A DNA stretch of 17,655 bases from a virus (taxonomy: Duplodnaviria; Heunggongvirae; Uroviricota; Caudoviricetes): IMG/VR virus record IMGVR_UViG_3300014204_013127. One strand, written 5' to 3'. The notes beneath the pieces are model-generated. The model was not told the DNA's origin and did no database searches. It was given only the letters and a program-made list of their open reading frames with translations. Position 1 is the stretch's first letter. Each line of letters opens with the position of its first letter. The position numbers and the translations under genes were made by a program. This document shows, piece after piece, positions 15,523 through 17,655 of the stretch.

Positions 15523-16089
15523 ATGGACACAATTCCAAGGATTGATAATTTGCCACCCGATGATCCTGTTGCTTTGCAAGGACGGAGGGTAATGAAGTTG
15601 CTTCAACATTTGTTTGATAAATTTAATACTATACCACTCGATGCTTTGAAGGAATTGTCACAATTTAGTTCAAAATTGATGCTTTCAGGTGTGACTCCTG
15701 TGGCTTTGGGTGATTTTTCCTTTGTTTGCGTTGTGGCAACAGAAGGTAACATGCTTCTGGGTGTGCCATTGGATTTTGGAAAAAAAAGTTATTTGTTGGT
15801 GCTTATGGAAGCTATCAGGCTTCTAAGTTATGCAAAAGATTTGTATAACGACAAGATGGATGATGGCTTGGTTCCAAGAGCAAGAGCTTACATGGCAGAG
15901 TTTGCAAAAGAGTCTCTTGCCAACAACTGGACCTGGGGCGATGCTGTAGGTTGTTTGACAGTTTTGGAGGGTTATCCCAGGGGACTGGGGTCTCTTGATG
16001 AAAAGTATAAGTATGAATCAAAACCATTGAAAGAAAGGAAAAGTTCGTTCTTTGATATGTTTCCAAAGTGCGATCCGAGTTTGAATTGA
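15523..16089 (+). CDS. hypothetical protein
   Basis: Same frame as the 15379 ORF, but AGGAG at 15511-15515 places the start at ATG 15523 (or 15520). The extra N-terminal part would run through the attenuator and terminator. Confidence 0.75.
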   Translation: MDTIPRIDNLPPDDPVALQGRRVMKLLQHLFDKFNTIPLDALKELSQFSSKLMLSGVTPVALGDFSFVCVVATEGNMLLGVPLDFGKKSYLLVLMEAIRLLSYAKDLYNDKMDDGLVPRARAYMAEFAKESLANNWTWGDAVGCLTVLEGYPRGLGSLDEKYKYESKPLKERKSSFFDMFPKCDPSLN

Positions 16090-16094
16090 AAATA

Positions 16095-16168
16095 CGTGGC
16101 TGACGGGCCGGTTTGCCCTGGAATCCCTGATAAGGATTCCGTGTTGAGTTCGACTCTCAAAGCCACGA
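16095..16168 (+). tRNA. tRNA-Ile (GAT), atypical D arm
   Basis: Perfect acceptor CGTGGCT/AGCCACG, loop CTGATAA, T arm TTGAG-TTCGACT-CTCAA, A73; G at position 8. Confidence 0.8.
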
Positions 16169-16169
16169 C

Positions 16170-16196
16170 TTGAAAAAAATAGAACTTTGCTATTAT
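16170..16196 (+). promoter_or_regulatory. possible promoter
   Basis: TTGAAA (16170-16175) and TG-c-TATTAT (16188-16196); -35/-10 spacing only 15 nt, so it would rely on the extended -10. Confidence 0.4.
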
Positions 16197-16223
16197 ATAT
16201 AGGTAGAAAGGCAAGGTTCTATT

Positions 16224-16874
16224 ATGAAAAAAGAGTTAAAAGAAAAAGCCAAACAATTGAGGAAAGAAGGTAAGTCGCTTGGTGAAATAGTGAATTTGTT
16301 GGGTGTGTCTAAATCAACAGCAAGTGTATGGACACGCCCCATAAAAATGTCGCAAACGAAACGCAAGAATTTAGATGGAAGAATAGGGTTTGCTGGCAAA
16401 GAAGGAACAAGAAAAAAATATTTGGCAATTAGGAAACAATATCAGCAAGAGGGGAGGGAGCAGGCGAAAAAGGGAGAGTTGCAGCATTTGTTGGGTTGTA
16501 CGCTGTATTGGGCAGAAGGAACAAAAAGTAGAAATGTGGCAAGCTTGGCGAATACGGATGCGAATGTCATTTGTGCATTTAAAAAATTTGTGGATACCTA
16601 CTTCCCAAAACAAAAGTATACAATATGCATCAATTGTTATTTAAACAATGGTCTATCAAAAAAAGAGATTGAAGATTATTGGCTTGGAATTTTGAAATTA
16701 GACCATAGCAGTTTGCGAAAGGGAGTTTTCAAAGAGGGAGAAGGTGGCGGGTATAAAAAGAATAAGCATAAGTTTGGAGTTTGTTCTTTAAGGGTGTGCG
16801 ACACTCATATGGTGCAACACATTTATGGAGCAATTCAAGAATATTGTGGTTTTGTGAATGAAGAGTGGTTGTAG
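16224..16874 (+). CDS. HTH + single-motif LAGLIDADG-like protein, probable free-standing homing endonuclease
   Basis: N-terminal HTH (GKSLGEIVNLLGVSKSTASVW); LLGCTLYWAEG resembles a LAGLIDADG helix; located inside a tRNA cluster. Confidence 0.6.
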   Translation: MKKELKEKAKQLRKEGKSLGEIVNLLGVSKSTASVWTRPIKMSQTKRKNLDGRIGFAGKEGTRKKYLAIRKQYQQEGREQAKKGELQHLLGCTLYWAEGTKSRNVASLANTDANVICAFKKFVDTYFPKQKYTICINCYLNNGLSKKEIEDYWLGILKLDHSSLRKGVFKEGEGGGYKKNKHKFGVCSLRVCDTHMVQHIYGAIQEYCGFVNEEWL

Positions 16875-16944
16875 GGTTCGTAATTCAATGGCAGAATAAC
16901 TGGCTTTTACCCAGTTTATCGGGGTTCGATTCCCCGTGGACCCA
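16874..16944 (+). tRNA. tRNA-Lys (TTT), C38 variant
   Basis: GGGTTCG/TGGACCC acceptor, ACTGG-CTTTTAC-CCAGT, TTCGATT T loop; anticodon 16906-16908. Confidence 0.9.
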
Positions 16945-16976
16945 CTTGTGATCTTTGACAATTTGGTTTATCCTTT

Positions 16977-17048
16977 GGGTCCATAGTTCAGCGGCTAGAA
17001 TAGAACACTCTTAATGTTTTGACCTCGGTTCGATTCCGAGTGGACCCA
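16977..17048 (+). tRNA. tRNA-Lys (CTT)
   Basis: GGGTCCA/TGGACCC, GAACA-CTCTTAA-TGTTT, TTCGATT; anticodon 17010-17012. Confidence 0.93.
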
Positions 17049-17138
17049 CTCAAGGTTTGTGGCCATAAAATCCTTTTCCCAGGGTTTCCTGCAAAGGTTG
17101 TGCTGCTGTAATAAAGATTGGCAATCTTTTCCTTATAT

Positions 17139-17211
17139 GGGATCGTAGCTCAATTAGTAGAGCAACGGCCTTTTAAGCCGTAGGTTTTGGGTGCGAATCC
17201 CAACGGTCTCA
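17139..17211 (+). tRNA. tRNA-Lys (TTT)
   Basis: GGGATCG/CGGTCTC, ACGGC-CTTTTAA-GCCGT, T loop TGCGAAT (G55); anticodon 17172-17174. Confidence 0.93.
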
Positions 17212-17214
17212 CTT

Positions 17215-17337
17215 GCAACTATAGTTTAAGGGGTCGTAATAACTAATTCAATTCTAGAACAAGGGTTGGCAAAAAGCGGCCTAAGGCAAAACGTTCCCGA
17301 CACCGGAGAAATATTGGTTCGATTCCAGTTGGTTGCA
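17215..17337 (+). pseudogene. interrupted tRNA-Val(GAC)-like gene with a 55-nt D-loop insertion
   Basis: Acceptor GCAACTA/TGGTTGC, D stem GTTT/AAAC, T arm ATTGG-TTCGATT-CCAGT, GAC-AC at 17299-17303 in an anticodon arm ~2 nt short; insert bounded by TAAGG direct repeats. Confidence 0.6.
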
Positions 17338-17342
17338 AACAT

Positions 17343-17427
17343 GGGGGTATTGGGGTTGTTGGCAGACCCCGGCAGTCTTTGAAGCTGCATGCGAAAGCAC
17401 TCGGAGGTTCAATTCCTTCTGCCCCTG
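17343..17427 (+). tRNA. type II (long variable arm) tRNA with TTG (Gln) anticodon
   Basis: GGGGGTA/TGCCCCT acceptor, G73, 5-6 bp D stem GGGGT/ACCCC, GCAGT-CTTTGAA-GCTGC, 14-nt V arm with TGC-GAAA-GCA, GGAGG-TTCAATT-CCTTC. Confidence 0.85.
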
Positions 17428-17535
17428 CTAAATGTCCCAAGTTGGCGATACGGTGGCCGATAACCTCGGTGAGGATGGACAGCCTCTAACCTCGGCAGTT
17501 TAAGCTGTGGAACACCGAAATATTTACCAAATTTT

Positions 17536-17607
17536 TGGGCTGTGAGGTAACGGTTAGCCTGACAGACTTTGAATCTGTTCGTGAAGGTTCGAATCCTTCC
17601 AGCCCAG
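17536..17607 (+). tRNA. tRNA-Gln (TTG)
   Basis: Canonical: U1:A72, G73, ACAGA-CTTTGAA-TCTGT; anticodon 17569-17571. Confidence 0.95.
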
Positions 17608-17613
17608 CTATTT

Positions 17614-17655
17614 TGCCCCGTGGTGTAGTGGCCGCACGTCTCGCTCTGAACGAGA
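17614..17655 (+). tRNA. tRNA-Gln (CTG), 5' part only (truncated by window end)
   Basis: TGCCCCG-TG, D stem GTGT/GCAC, TCTCG-CTCTGAA-CGAGA; anticodon 17646-17648. Confidence 0.85.

Noticed and set aside
17250-17262. Amber-suppressor-like TT-CTA-GA loop in the tRNA insertion, implying stop-codon recoding
   Set aside because: Flanks do not form an anticodon stem, and TAG is used as a normal stop (6844, 8793, 13024, 16874) with long ORFs intact under the standard code.
382-17440. All minus-strand ORFs and nested alternative-frame ORFs in the track
   Set aside because: Shadows of + strand genes or tRNAs, with no recognisable motifs or dedicated initiation signals.

Overview
A 17.7 kb segment that looks like a large (jumbo-type) dsDNA phage genome. 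Every credible gene is on the + strand and densely packed. Recognisable genes are an amidoligase-2, a GlsB/YeaQ/YmgE membrane protein, a metallophosphoesterase, a radical SAM enzyme, an S24/S26-like protein, an NAD-dependent DNA ligase (ligA), a sigma70-family factor, a phiEco32-type COOH-NH2 ligase, a PEP-CTERM protein, a lipoprotein and an HTH/LAGLIDADG-like protein. The window ends in a tRNA cluster: Met-like, fMet, Ile, Lys x3, an interrupted Val-like gene and Gln x3 (the last truncated by the window end). The PEP-CTERM signal points to a Gram-negative host with an exosortase (Planctomycetota/Verrucomicrobiota would fit; inference). The most striking signals are absent from the ORF track. 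(1) A 22-codon leader peptide with nine consecutive Lys/Gln codons, followed by a multi-hairpin attenuator upstream of the phage's own Lys and Gln tRNA genes. (2) A ~340-nt array of 12 back-to-back H-type pseudoknots with divergent sequence but covarying pairs. (3) Several non-canonical tRNAs, including a Ser/Sec-like long-arm body with a Gln anticodon. All RNA structures were paired by hand and no database searches were run.
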